Source: Bacteroidota bacterium
GTDB taxonomy: Bacteria; Bacteroidota; Ignavibacteria; UBA10030; SZUA-254
Direction of reading: 5' to 3'
Assembly (NCBI GenBank): GCA_035635475.1
Contig: DASQAZ010000113.1
Coordinates: 360-64,359, forward strand
Length of the DNA stretch: 64,000 nt
Below the pieces are notes generated by a model. The model had not been told where the DNA came from. It did no database searches and saw only the letters and a program-made list of their open reading frames with translations. Positions 9,476-16,996 of this stretch are shown piece by piece; positions within the stretch are counted from its first letter, which is position 1; every line of letters begins with the position of its first letter. The position numbers were made by a program, and so were the translations under genes.

Positions 9476-10590
9476 CGGCTCTCTGTGGTTCGGCGGAACT
9501 GTTCCGCCTCCAGCGTGAAGGTGAGCGAAATGCGGTGAGTGTCTCCGAGGTCCTGGCTTCGATCAAACCTGGCAAATGAATAATCGATGTCCAGCTTCGG
9601 GAGGTGGATGCCGGTTCCGATGTTCAACGACTTGATGTCGCTGTATCCGATGCGCAACGCTGCGAGGTTCTTGTACTCGAATTCCACTCCGCTGTGAAAA
9701 TCCATGCTCACCCGTCCGATATGGGCGTTTGAGGCGGACTTCCGCCCTTCGAACCGGAAGTCGATGTCAATCGCGGGAGCGACCTGGCCGCCGAACAGGT
9801 CGAACAGGTACGCGGTGCCCGCCTTGAGTGTGGGGGAGATGAGCTCATTCCTTCCGGTGTTCCATGCCACGAGGGTTGTGGTGATGTCCTGCGCATTGGC
9901 GCCGATTAATAGCCGGTCTGTGGGAGCGTACTGCATCCCGAGGTCGAATCCCACACCGGTGGCCGAGGCGGTCCCGAGCTCACGCCGTATAAATTTGACG
10001 TTCGCGCCGTATGAAAACTGATCGCCCGCCTTTTTTGCATACGAGAAATAGAACGCCCAGTCAGCGGCATTGAAATACGTAATCCTCGAGGGATCGATTC
10101 CGGCGAGCTTTTGGAGCTGGTCGGGGGGGACCGGATTGCCGTTCGCGTCGACACCGGCATTCTGAGTATTGGGAATGTCATCCACGCCGAGGCGAATCAA
10201 ACTGATTCCGAAACTTGTGCTCACCCCTGCCGGGAGCGCAAAGGCCGCATAGTCGTAGTTGACCAGCCCGCCGAACCGTTCATCGTGCATCAGCGTAACC
10301 TGTGGGTACATCATCCTCGATAATCCGGCCGGATTCCAGTACCCTGCGGTGACGTCGTTTGCGAGCGCCGAATACGCGCCGCCGAGGCCGAGCGCGCGCC
10401 CACCCACGCCGATCGCTATAAATTCACCTGCGTACTTTGCTACTGCGGCTCCCGCCCTGGCTGGAACCGGGGATCCGGCGAACAAGAATACAAGGGAGGG
10501 GACGGCAATCCATTTTATAAGAGAGACACCGATGCCGCAAACATCGCGCAGGGTCCGGCCGGCGGACGGTTCATTTGCCTTCCCGCTCAC
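9472..10590 (-). CDS. PorV/PorQ-family (FadL-like) outer-membrane beta-barrel protein
   Basis: Signal peptide, then AKYAGEFIAIGVGGRALGLGGAYSALANDVTAGYWNPAGL. This resembles the N-terminal signature of the porV gene in this window (FLLLAPNARADAMGEAGGALSDDAASAFWNPAGL). Confidence 0.6.
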   Translation of the reverse strand: MSGKANEPSAGRTLRDVCGIGVSLIKWIAVPSLVFLFAGSPVPARAGAAVAKYAGEFIAIGVGGRALGLGGAYSALANDVTAGYWNPAGLSRMMYPQVTLMHDERFGGLVNYDYAAFALPAGVSTSFGISLIRLGVDDIPNTQNAGVDANGNPVPPDQLQKLAGIDPSRITYFNAADWAFYFSYAKKAGDQFSYGANVKFIRRELGTASATGVGFDLGMQYAPTDRLLIGANAQDITTTLVAWNTGRNELISPTLKAGTAYLFDLFGGQVAPAIDIDFRFEGRKSASNAHIGRVSMDFHSGVEFEYKNLAALRIGYSDIKSLNIGTGIHLPKLDIDYSFARFDRSQDLGDTHRISLTFTLEAEQFRRTTESR

Positions 10591-12332
10591 TCAACCTCCT
10601 TCGCACCAAATTCACGAATAAGAGCCTGGATCACCGGATGGCGCCGGACGGCCGGATCGTGGCTCTCTTTCGGCGGGGGTTCGGACCGGGCGACGGATGA
10701 GGCAGTGCGGGCGGTCGCAAGGATCGTATCCAACCGGACCCTCGCACCGTAGATATTCTGCGCCAGCTCGGAAATGAATTCGCGGTTCCGCCTTAGCTGG
10801 TCGAGATGAAAATCATCGGGGCAAGAGATCCTGAGACTTCCCGTGCCGACGCCGACGAGGGCCGTTTCCCGGAGCATGGTACCGACCGCGATTCTTTTTT
10901 TACACGCTTCGTCGATCAGCATGGGCCATTTTGCCTGCGCCTCGTCGATAGAGATGCCGTCCGCGCGCGGGCTTTCGTTGGCGATGACCGCCGGCCCGGC
11001 CGCGGGCATCGCAGCGGAGAGTTCTGAAAAGTTTCGAATGGGGCGGGGCGAGCCGGCGGCAGGCTGCACCATTTGTTCGGGCCGCAATACCGGCTGCGAA
11101 GCTTTAACGCTGCCCCGGACGACCGGCTTTTGAGCGCCGGTTTCGGCGAACGGAATCGCCCGCCGCACGTTATCCTCCCCGGGCACCTTTTTTTTTAGCT
11201 CATCGAGCTGCTGGAGCAAGGCATCGATCTGAATGCTGCGGTCGAGCCGGATCATCTGCAACAGCCCGATTTCCAATTTCAGGCGTCCGCCGGCCGAGGA
11301 GTGGTCCCATCGGATTGCGGCGTCGGTCTCGGCGGCAATTTTTAAAAGGCGAATCAAATCGGACGCAGTGAACGCCTTCGGCGCCTCGAGGTAGCGTTTC
11401 TTGTAGACCTCGGAGGTTTCGATCAGTTCCGCCGATTCAGTCGTGCAAACGACAAGCATGCTTCGCAGGTGCTCCATGAGCCCGCCGAGAAATTCGCGCA
11501 GATCGTATCCCCGCGATGTGATTTCCCGTATTAGCGAAAGCCCCTCGCCCGCATTCTTATTTGCGATGATGTCCGTCGTGCGGAAAAAGATTTCCTCATC
11601 GACGACGTTCAGCATGCGCGCCATCTCCTGTGTGTCGATGTTCTTGCCGCAGAATGAAACGATCTGATCGAAGATGCTCTGTGCATCGCGCAGCGAACCG
11701 TCGCTCCGCTTCGCGATCACAAACAACGCATCATCCCCGATCGTGATCTGCTCTTCCGAGGCGATGAAACGCAGCCGGCCTATAATTTCCTCAATCGATA
11801 TGCGGCGAAAATCAAATCTCTGACAGCGGGAAAGGATCGTCGAAGGAACTTTATGGATTTCGGTGGTTGCGAAGATGAAGACGATGGAGGGGGGCGGTTC
11901 TTCGAGCGTCTTGAGCAGGGCGTTGAAGGCCTCCTTCGTGAGCATGTGGACTTCATCGATGATATACACTTTATAGCGGCCCTTGGCGGGGGCGTAGCGG
12001 ACCGCCTCGCGCAAGTTGCGGATTTCGTCCACCCCGCGGTTCGAGGCCCCGTCGATCTCGAAAACATTGAGGCTGCGCCCTTCGGTAATCTCCCGGCAGA
12101 GTTCGCATTCGTTGTCGGGGTTTACGTCGACCGGATGCAGGCAGTTGATCGCCTTGGCGAGGATTCTCGCCGTCGTCGTCTTGCCGACACCGCGCGGGCC
12201 GCTGAAAATGTACGCGTGCGACAACCGGTTCGTCGCAATTGCGTTGCGCAGGGTTGTCGCGACGTGCCCCTGGCCGACGATATCCTCGAAAAGCATCGGC
12301 CGCCATTTCCTCGCTGTTACGATGTAGGTCAT
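10587..12332 (-). CDS. dnaX: DNA polymerase III subunit gamma/tau
   Basis: N-terminus YIVTARKWRPMLFEDIVGQGHV, Walker A GPRGVGKTT, zinc module CLHPVDVNPDNECELC, DEVHML, SRCQRF. Confidence 0.93.
   Translation of the reverse strand: MTYIVTARKWRPMLFEDIVGQGHVATTLRNAIATNRLSHAYIFSGPRGVGKTTTARILAKAINCLHPVDVNPDNECELCREITEGRSLNVFEIDGASNRGVDEIRNLREAVRYAPAKGRYKVYIIDEVHMLTKEAFNALLKTLEEPPPSIVFIFATTEIHKVPSTILSRCQRFDFRRISIEEIIGRLRFIASEEQITIGDDALFVIAKRSDGSLRDAQSIFDQIVSFCGKNIDTQEMARMLNVVDEEIFFRTTDIIANKNAGEGLSLIREITSRGYDLREFLGGLMEHLRSMLVVCTTESAELIETSEVYKKRYLEAPKAFTASDLIRLLKIAAETDAAIRWDHSSAGGRLKLEIGLLQMIRLDRSIQIDALLQQLDELKKKVPGEDNVRRAIPFAETGAQKPVVRGSVKASQPVLRPEQMVQPAAGSPRPIRNFSELSAAMPAAGPAVIANESPRADGISIDEAQAKWPMLIDEACKKRIAVGTMLRETALVGVGTGSLRISCPDDFHLDQLRRNREFISELAQNIYGARVRLDTILATARTASSVARSEPPPKESHDPAVRRHPVIQALIREFGAKEVE
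11170..11196 (-). other. putative programmed -1 frameshift / transcriptional slippage site in dnaX (A9G run plus -1-frame stop)
   Basis: The minus strand reads CTA AAA AAA AAG GTG (codons 379-383). The heptamer A AAA AAG is the same as the E. coli dnaX shift site. The -1 frame reads GGT GCC CGG GGA GGA TAA and stops after 5 codons. Confidence 0.45.
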
Positions 12333-12353
12333 TGTGGAAGTCTCACGGGCGCG

Positions 12354-14516
12354 CTAATCCTCCGAGCGCTGCAAGTGCCGGTGAAAGAATTCTTCGATCC
12401 GGGAATATTCGTCGTACCAGCTCTCCGGCTCGTTGAAGGAATGCGACTCCTCAGGGTAGACCATCGTTTCGAACGCCTTGCCCGATTTCTGAAGCTTCGC
12501 GATGAGTTGGGCCGCATCCTGAAAAAAAACATTATCGTCCGCCATTCCATGGAGAATCAAAAGGGGTTTTTTCAACCGGTCGGCAAACGTGAGCGGGGAA
12601 CTGATGCGGTACGCCTCCGGTTGGTCCTCGGGCTTGCCGAGGCGCGCCTCCGTGTACGATGAATTGTGGCGATAGTAGTTTTCCCAGCTTGTCACCGCCC
12701 GGAGCGCGACGCCGCACGCGTATTTGTCTGAGAGAAAGAGTCCCATCAACGTCATAAATCCGCCGTAGCTTCCTCCGTACATCCCCACGCGCGTTGAGTC
12801 AATATACCCCAAACTCCTTAGATATTCAAGGCCATCGAGCTCGTCATCAAGGTCTTTTCCCCCCAGATGCAGATAAACGTCGGTCCGGTAGTCGCGCCCA
12901 TACCCTGCGCTTCCCCGGTACTCAACCTCGAAGACGACATAGCCGAGCTGGGTCAGACGGTGGTGGAACATGTATTCGCGGTAGTAATAACTCCAGCCCC
13001 GAAAGACATTCTGGAGGTAGCCCGCCCCGTGAACGAAAACCACAACGGGATATTTCCTTGCCGGAGCAAAATCACGCGGCTTGTAAATCATGGCAGGCAC
13101 CTTCGTCCCGTCCCTGCTCCGGAAGCTGACAATCTCGGGAATGACCCAATCGACTGACTTGAATTCCTCGGGCATCGAGTGAGTGAGCCGGATTTCGCCC
13201 GAATTCCCATTGGATGCGGAACCGTCACTCGAAACGCCGGCGGCCCTTGCGTCACCCCGGGTGGGCACCGAGACAAGATCCGCCGGCTTCGCAAAGTCGG
13301 AATACCGCGCGACAATGAGCGATCCATCCTTCGACATGACCGGCGAATCGTACGTTCCCTCCAGGCGCGAGAGAGGCCTGATCTTTCTTGAAGCGAGATC
13401 GAGCGAGAAGAGCCGCCACTGGTGGTGATCGTCCTTGTTCGCAAGGAAGTAGATTTCTTCCCCCAACGGGTCGAAGTCAAACCAATGGACCTCCCATGCG
13501 CCGCTCGTCAACTGGCGAAGGTTTTTTCCGTCCGGCGACATCATATAAAGCTGGTTCCAGCCGTCCCGTTCGCTCGTTGTCACAATCCGGCTTCCGTCGG
13601 GCGCCCACCGTGTCGTTGACAGGCCCCCTTCAACCCATGCCCGATCGGATTCATTGAAAACGAGCCTCGCCTTGCCGCTGTCGGTATCGGCAACGAACAG
13701 CTCGCGTTTCTTTCGATCGGAACTGAATCGCTCAATGCAGAGCTTCGTTCCGTTGGGCGAGAGTGACACATCCCCCAGGTAGAAGCGGTCGTCGCCGGGA
13801 AGTTTGACCCAAACCGTGGCCCCGGTATCGGACGGTGCGATTCCAAACTTTGTCCTGCCGATGCCCCCCTTGAATGCGTTGGTCGAGACGTCCTTGCCGG
13901 TGTAGCGGGGCACGATAAATTCCTGCAGGCCTTCGCGATTCGATTCCGTGAAAATCACCTTCTTGTTATCCGGCGTGATGTCAATACAAGCAAGCGAGAC
14001 ATCTTTCCCCCCGGGCCTGGCAATCTCCGTGAACCCCGGCCCGGCGATGTTGACCATGCCGAGCCGGCCGTCGGAGGAGAAGATCAGATACTTTCCGTCG
14101 GGCGACCACCGCAGCGAGTTTTCCCAGACATCGGTGCGCGTGATACGCTCGTAGGTCCGGAAGCTTGTATCGGTGAGAAAGACGTCGCCCTTTCGTGTAC
14201 AGGCGACGGTCTTTCCGTCCGGCGACCACTCGACCTCGCCTAGGAGCGTATCGGAAATCATTCTCATGCCTGACCCGTCCGAACCCACGAGCCACGAGCG
14301 GTATTTATTCTGGGAGCTGCTGTCCCACCGGAATAATATGCGCCGCCCGTCGGGCGAGATTCTCTGGTCAGTCGGCCTGGTACCGGAAATGTACGGCTTG
14401 AAAAAAATCCGTTTCAGCGGCAGAACCGTCCGGGCACTTTCGCCCGCGGACAGTATAACGGCAGGACCGAAGAGGCAGCAGGCAATCGCGCTGACGCGAA
14501 GGAGCCGGATCATCAA
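12354..14516 (-). CDS. S9 family serine peptidase (prolyl oligopeptidase/dipeptidyl peptidase type) with N-terminal beta-propeller
   Basis: Repeated WSPDG/SPDG propeller motifs. The C-terminal alpha/beta hydrolase has the nucleophile elbow GGSYGGFM, and later HGMADDNV and EESHSF. Confidence 0.85.
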   Translation of the reverse strand: MMIRLLRVSAIACCLFGPAVILSAGESARTVLPLKRIFFKPYISGTRPTDQRISPDGRRILFRWDSSSQNKYRSWLVGSDGSGMRMISDTLLGEVEWSPDGKTVACTRKGDVFLTDTSFRTYERITRTDVWENSLRWSPDGKYLIFSSDGRLGMVNIAGPGFTEIARPGGKDVSLACIDITPDNKKVIFTESNREGLQEFIVPRYTGKDVSTNAFKGGIGRTKFGIAPSDTGATVWVKLPGDDRFYLGDVSLSPNGTKLCIERFSSDRKKRELFVADTDSGKARLVFNESDRAWVEGGLSTTRWAPDGSRIVTTSERDGWNQLYMMSPDGKNLRQLTSGAWEVHWFDFDPLGEEIYFLANKDDHHQWRLFSLDLASRKIRPLSRLEGTYDSPVMSKDGSLIVARYSDFAKPADLVSVPTRGDARAAGVSSDGSASNGNSGEIRLTHSMPEEFKSVDWVIPEIVSFRSRDGTKVPAMIYKPRDFAPARKYPVVVFVHGAGYLQNVFRGWSYYYREYMFHHRLTQLGYVVFEVEYRGSAGYGRDYRTDVYLHLGGKDLDDELDGLEYLRSLGYIDSTRVGMYGGSYGGFMTLMGLFLSDKYACGVALRAVTSWENYYRHNSSYTEARLGKPEDQPEAYRISSPLTFADRLKKPLLILHGMADDNVFFQDAAQLIAKLQKSGKAFETMVYPEESHSFNEPESWYDEYSRIEEFFHRHLQRSED

Positions 14517-14607
14517 GCTGGACTCACCATTGAGGGCGGATCAAGACAGAAGTCAGGGACGCACACTGGTTGTGGTAAGAGAATATACCAAGAAGGATGA
14601 AGGGAAT

Positions 14608-14615
14608 CAAGGAAG
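14608..14615. repeat. left copy of 8-bp target-site duplication CAAGGAAG
   Basis: An identical octamer abuts the outer end of each terminal inverted repeat (14608-14615 and 18433-18440). Confidence 0.7.
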
Positions 14616-14631
14616 GGTAGTGTCTCAGTTT
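14616..14631. repeat. left terminal inverted repeat GGTAGTGTCTCAGTTT
   Basis: This is the perfect reverse complement of 18417-18432. The similarity resumes (AAAATGCTT) after a 17-nt insertion on the left side. Confidence 0.8.
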
Positions 14632-14655
14632 GAAAATTAATAATCGGGAAAATGC

Positions 14656-14684
14656 TTGACCGGATAAGGAAGGTTTGCTATATT
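14656..14684 (+). promoter_or_regulatory. sigma70-like promoter just inside the left IR (TTGACC-17 nt-TATATT)
   Basis: TTGACC lies at 14656-14661, followed by a 17-nt spacer and TATATT at 14679-14684. AGGAGA (~14699) and the ATG at 14713 follow. Confidence 0.4.
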
Positions 14685-14712
14685 CCGAGCACACATTCAG
14701 GAGAGAACCCTT

Positions 14713-14910
14713 ATGCCGACCAAAATCACCGGGACGCCAGTTTATACAGGACACGGTTTCAAAATCTACGTCGGGATTCCCTCAAAGCCCAAAAAAAGGG
14801 GAAAGTCAAGAATCTGGATTTCAATTAGGCAGGATGATCCCAAGGAATGGCGCATCTATGAATCGCTGAGCTATGCGCAGGGTGCCGACGTTCAATTCGT
14901 GAAGGATTAA
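14713..14910 (+). CDS. hypothetical small protein (65 aa), transposon passenger
   Basis: The ORF is preceded by an AGGAGA Shine-Dalgarno sequence and the IR-proximal promoter. No family recognised. Confidence 0.35.
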   Translation: MPTKITGTPVYTGHGFKIYVGIPSKPKKRGKSRIWISIRQDDPKEWRIYESLSYAQGADVQFVKD

Positions 14911-14919
14911 GTCTCAGCA

Positions 14920-15150
14920 ATGAAAAAACCGAAACGACCCCGCGACACTAATCAGCTTGCGAAATTCATCGTAGACCTCTCAACCGGAGAGGCAGTCGAA
15001 CCCTCACCTCCAGAATCCACGAAAAACCCTGCCGCCGTCGCATTAGGTAGATTGGGAGGCTTAAAGGGAGGGATAGCAAGAGCCAAAAAACTTAGCGCGA
15101 AACGTAGAAGTGAAATTGCTAAACGAGCTGCAAAAAAACGGTGGGGTTAG
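14920..15150 (+). CDS. small basic protein (76 aa) with Lys/Arg-rich C-terminal motif
   Basis: N-terminus KRPRDTNQLAKFIVDLSTGE and C-terminus ALGRLGGLKGGIARAKKLSAKRRSEIAKRAAKKRW. From memory, this pattern recurs in small proteins of mobile or TA-associated loci. The start is 9 nt after the upstream stop. Confidence 0.45.
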   Translation: MKKPKRPRDTNQLAKFIVDLSTGEAVEPSPPESTKNPAAVALGRLGGLKGGIARAKKLSAKRRSEIAKRAAKKRWG

Positions 15151-15156
15151 GTTGTT

Positions 15157-15453
15157 TTATCTGTTATGCGTATCGAGAATTTCTATGAAGTGAATTTCAT
15201 TCGCTGGAATATCTGGGTTTAGATCATCTCGTAATCTAAAGATTATCCTATCTTTTCCCCTGCCTCCCCCTCCTGTGCCTGGTATATCGGCACTTCTGCT
15301 TCCAGAATATTCATGCTTTAACCGTTTTGCGTGAAGGGCTTGTGGATTCTCACAAAGTCTATCGCATAGCTCCAGAATCTTGTCCTTCTGATCACAAAAA
15401 TCGCCGTCTAATTGTTCATCAAAAAACTCTGTGTGGACTGGAACTAACGGCAT
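15157..15453 (-). CDS. RelE/ParE-superfamily-like toxin (98 aa from the internal Met)
   Basis: The C-terminal pattern KRLKHEYSGSRSADI...GKDRIIFRLRDD...EIHFIEILDTHNR resembles the RelE/ParE core. The Met at 15453 lies 11 nt downstream of the upstream gene's stop. The listed ORF 15157..15558 would overlap that gene. Confidence 0.5.
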   Translation of the reverse strand: MPLVPVHTEFFDEQLDGDFCDQKDKILELCDRLCENPQALHAKRLKHEYSGSRSADIPGTGGGGRGKDRIIFRLRDDLNPDIPANEIHFIEILDTHNR

Positions 15454-15464
15454 CGATGCACGTT

Positions 15465-16121
15465 TCAGGAACGTGCATATACGAGGCGACTTTTGGATGC
15501 CTTTTCGAAATCGGCGCGATTTGAAGGACTCAGAGCAATCGCCAACGTATCCATCCAATCGTCCGGGATTGAGATAGTAAGTTCTGATTCAGGTTGATCA
15601 AGCACCTTAGTAAAGTGGCGGTGTATGGGGGTTTCTCTAACAGTTAATTCTCTATTAGGTGCTTCTATGGTCGGGAATTTCATGTCATAGACAAGGCTCG
15701 TTAATCGGGAAGCTCGGAGGTTTGCAAATTCTCTCACCACATTGATCAAACACTCGGAAAGAAACCGATTTTCAGGAATTCCTTGCATCACTTCTTCGAT
15801 GAAACTCTTCACCAAATCCTGAGCACGTTTATTCGTGTTAGAAAGGAAATGCTTATCTCTTTTCATCAATCCAATCTTATGAAAATCATCGACAGCCGTG
15901 TAAATACCCGTGGACATTGGGCCTTTTTGATGTCGATAAAACTCAAGTGAGAATGCCTTTTTCCGCGCAAGAAATAAAGGCATAGCCACAAGAAACGATA
16001 ATTTTTGGACTTTCAACATCGACTCTAAAGTGGATCCTTGAGAAGTCAAAGAAAACAGTGACAATAGAAGCATCTTGTCTATGGTCACTTCTTCGGGGGT
16101 TCTATTTATCTCGTCACGCAT
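15465..16121 (-). CDS. Panacea (DUF4065/SocA-like) domain antitoxin candidate
   Basis: LKVQKLSFLVAMPLFLARKKAFSLEFYRHQKGPMSTGIYTAVDDF matches the remembered DUF4065 core pattern (KLqKLlY...f.A...GPv...vY). It lies immediately upstream of a small toxin-like ORF. Confidence 0.45.
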   Translation of the reverse strand: MRDEINRTPEEVTIDKMLLLSLFSLTSQGSTLESMLKVQKLSFLVAMPLFLARKKAFSLEFYRHQKGPMSTGIYTAVDDFHKIGLMKRDKHFLSNTNKRAQDLVKSFIEEVMQGIPENRFLSECLINVVREFANLRASRLTSLVYDMKFPTIEAPNRELTVRETPIHRHFTKVLDQPESELTISIPDDWMDTLAIALSPSNRADFEKASKSRLVYARS

Positions 16122-16160
16122 CTTTCGGAATTAATCCTTGACTTTTGCCCAAAAGTTTGT

Positions 16161-16200
16161 ATTATAAAAAAGGTGATCGAACCCATATTCGATCACCTTT
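16161..16200 (-). promoter_or_regulatory. 13-bp perfect inverted repeat next to a minus-strand TATAAT box (candidate TA operator or terminator)
   Basis: AAAGGTGATCGAA (16169-16181), a 6-nt spacer, then TTCGATCACCTTT (16188-16200). The minus-strand TATAAT is at 16166-16161, about 40 nt upstream of the antitoxin ATG (16121). Confidence 0.5.
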
Positions 16201-16207
16201 AAAAGTT

Positions 16208-16281
16208 GCCGCCATAGCTCAAATGGTTAGAGCTAATGCCTGGTAAGCACATGATGGAGGGTTCGATTCCCCCTGGCGGCA
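16208..16281 (+). tRNA. tRNA-Thr (anticodon GGU), no encoded CCA, with stem mismatches
   Basis: Hand-folded cloverleaf. The acceptor stem GCCGCCA/TGGCGGC is a perfect 7 bp, the D stem is GCTC/GAGC, the anticodon loop is CT-GGT-AA, and the T loop is TTCGATT. The anticodon stem (AATGC/GCACA) has A.C and A.A mispairs. The T stem (GAGGG/CCCCC) has one A.C mispair. Confidence 0.7.
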
Positions 16282-16362
16282 CTGTTTTTAGTATAATCTA
16301 TTGTGTATACAAATGTCAATAAAAACTTGTCCACACCTTAAATACTTGATAATCATAGGGTT

Positions 16363-16833
16363 ATGACAAAACTCATGGGCCAAACTTTGAGCACCAAAGA
16401 AACTCTGGAAAGCCTAAGAAGCCAAATATTGCAAAAATGGCTTCCAATAGAGGTAATTGAGGAATTCGAGGCGATTCAGGGAGCGATCGATCGGCTAAGG
16501 GCCGCAAACAATTCGCACTCGAAAAAACAGCCAGAGAAAATCGCCAGTGTTCCCGCCGTACCCTCTACTCATAGCAAAGTGGTCGAAATTGCCCTGGAAT
16601 TGATTGATAAGAGGGAAGGTCATTCGGTGAGAAATGCGGAAATCATTGAATATGCTGAACAGAAGGGAATCGACATTGGCAAGGGGGAAGACCGGGATAG
16701 CACGGTTGGACGAATTTTGCATGATGAATGGGAGAAGAAACATGGCAAATTGCGCAAAGTAAACCGTGGTTTGTGGAATAAACGGGAAAAACCTCTCGCA
16801 AATCGCTCAGTATTTATCAAAGAACCCGCCTAA
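16363..16833 (+). CDS. hypothetical protein, possible winged-helix (Mrr_N/HARE-HTH-like) domain
   Basis: 156-aa ORF in the AT-rich island. The C-terminal half (VVEIALELIDKREGHSVRNAEIIEYAEQKG...TVGRILHDEW...LRKVNRGLW) resembles winged-helix modules ending in 'R..rG.w'. The call is weak. Confidence 0.4.
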   Translation: MTKLMGQTLSTKETLESLRSQILQKWLPIEVIEEFEAIQGAIDRLRAANNSHSKKQPEKIASVPAVPSTHSKVVEIALELIDKREGHSVRNAEIIEYAEQKGIDIGKGEDRDSTVGRILHDEWEKKHGKLRKVNRGLWNKREKPLANRSVFIKEPA

Positions 16834-16940
16834 GTCATCAAAAACAGCGTTTCCAAGTAGTAAGAGCCAGCCAATAGCTTCTTCGGCTGGTGGTATAAAT
16901 CACGGAATTCATTGTATCTTTCTTAAATTGAACTTTATGC

Positions 16941-16969
16941 TTGACTTCTCAAGCAAAAAGAGTTATATT
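16941..16969 (+). promoter_or_regulatory. sigma70-like promoter upstream of the transposase (TTGACT-17 nt-TATATT)
   Basis: TTGACT lies at 16941-16946, followed by a 17-nt spacer and TATATT at 16964-16969. It shares ATGCTTGAC with the IR-proximal promoter at 14653-14661. Confidence 0.4.
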
Positions 16970-16996
16970 GATGGTAGAACAAATGAGGCTTCTGCC

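Noticed and set aside
11853-12662. 269-aa plus-strand ORF opposite dnaX and the S9 peptidase 3' end
   Set aside because: It spans two well-supported minus-strand genes and has no motifs.
16766-16996. N-terminal extension of the transposase ORF (start 16766)
   Set aside because: It overlaps the preceding ORF and runs through the promoter-like TTGACT/TATATT. Homology-like sequence begins at the Met at 16997.
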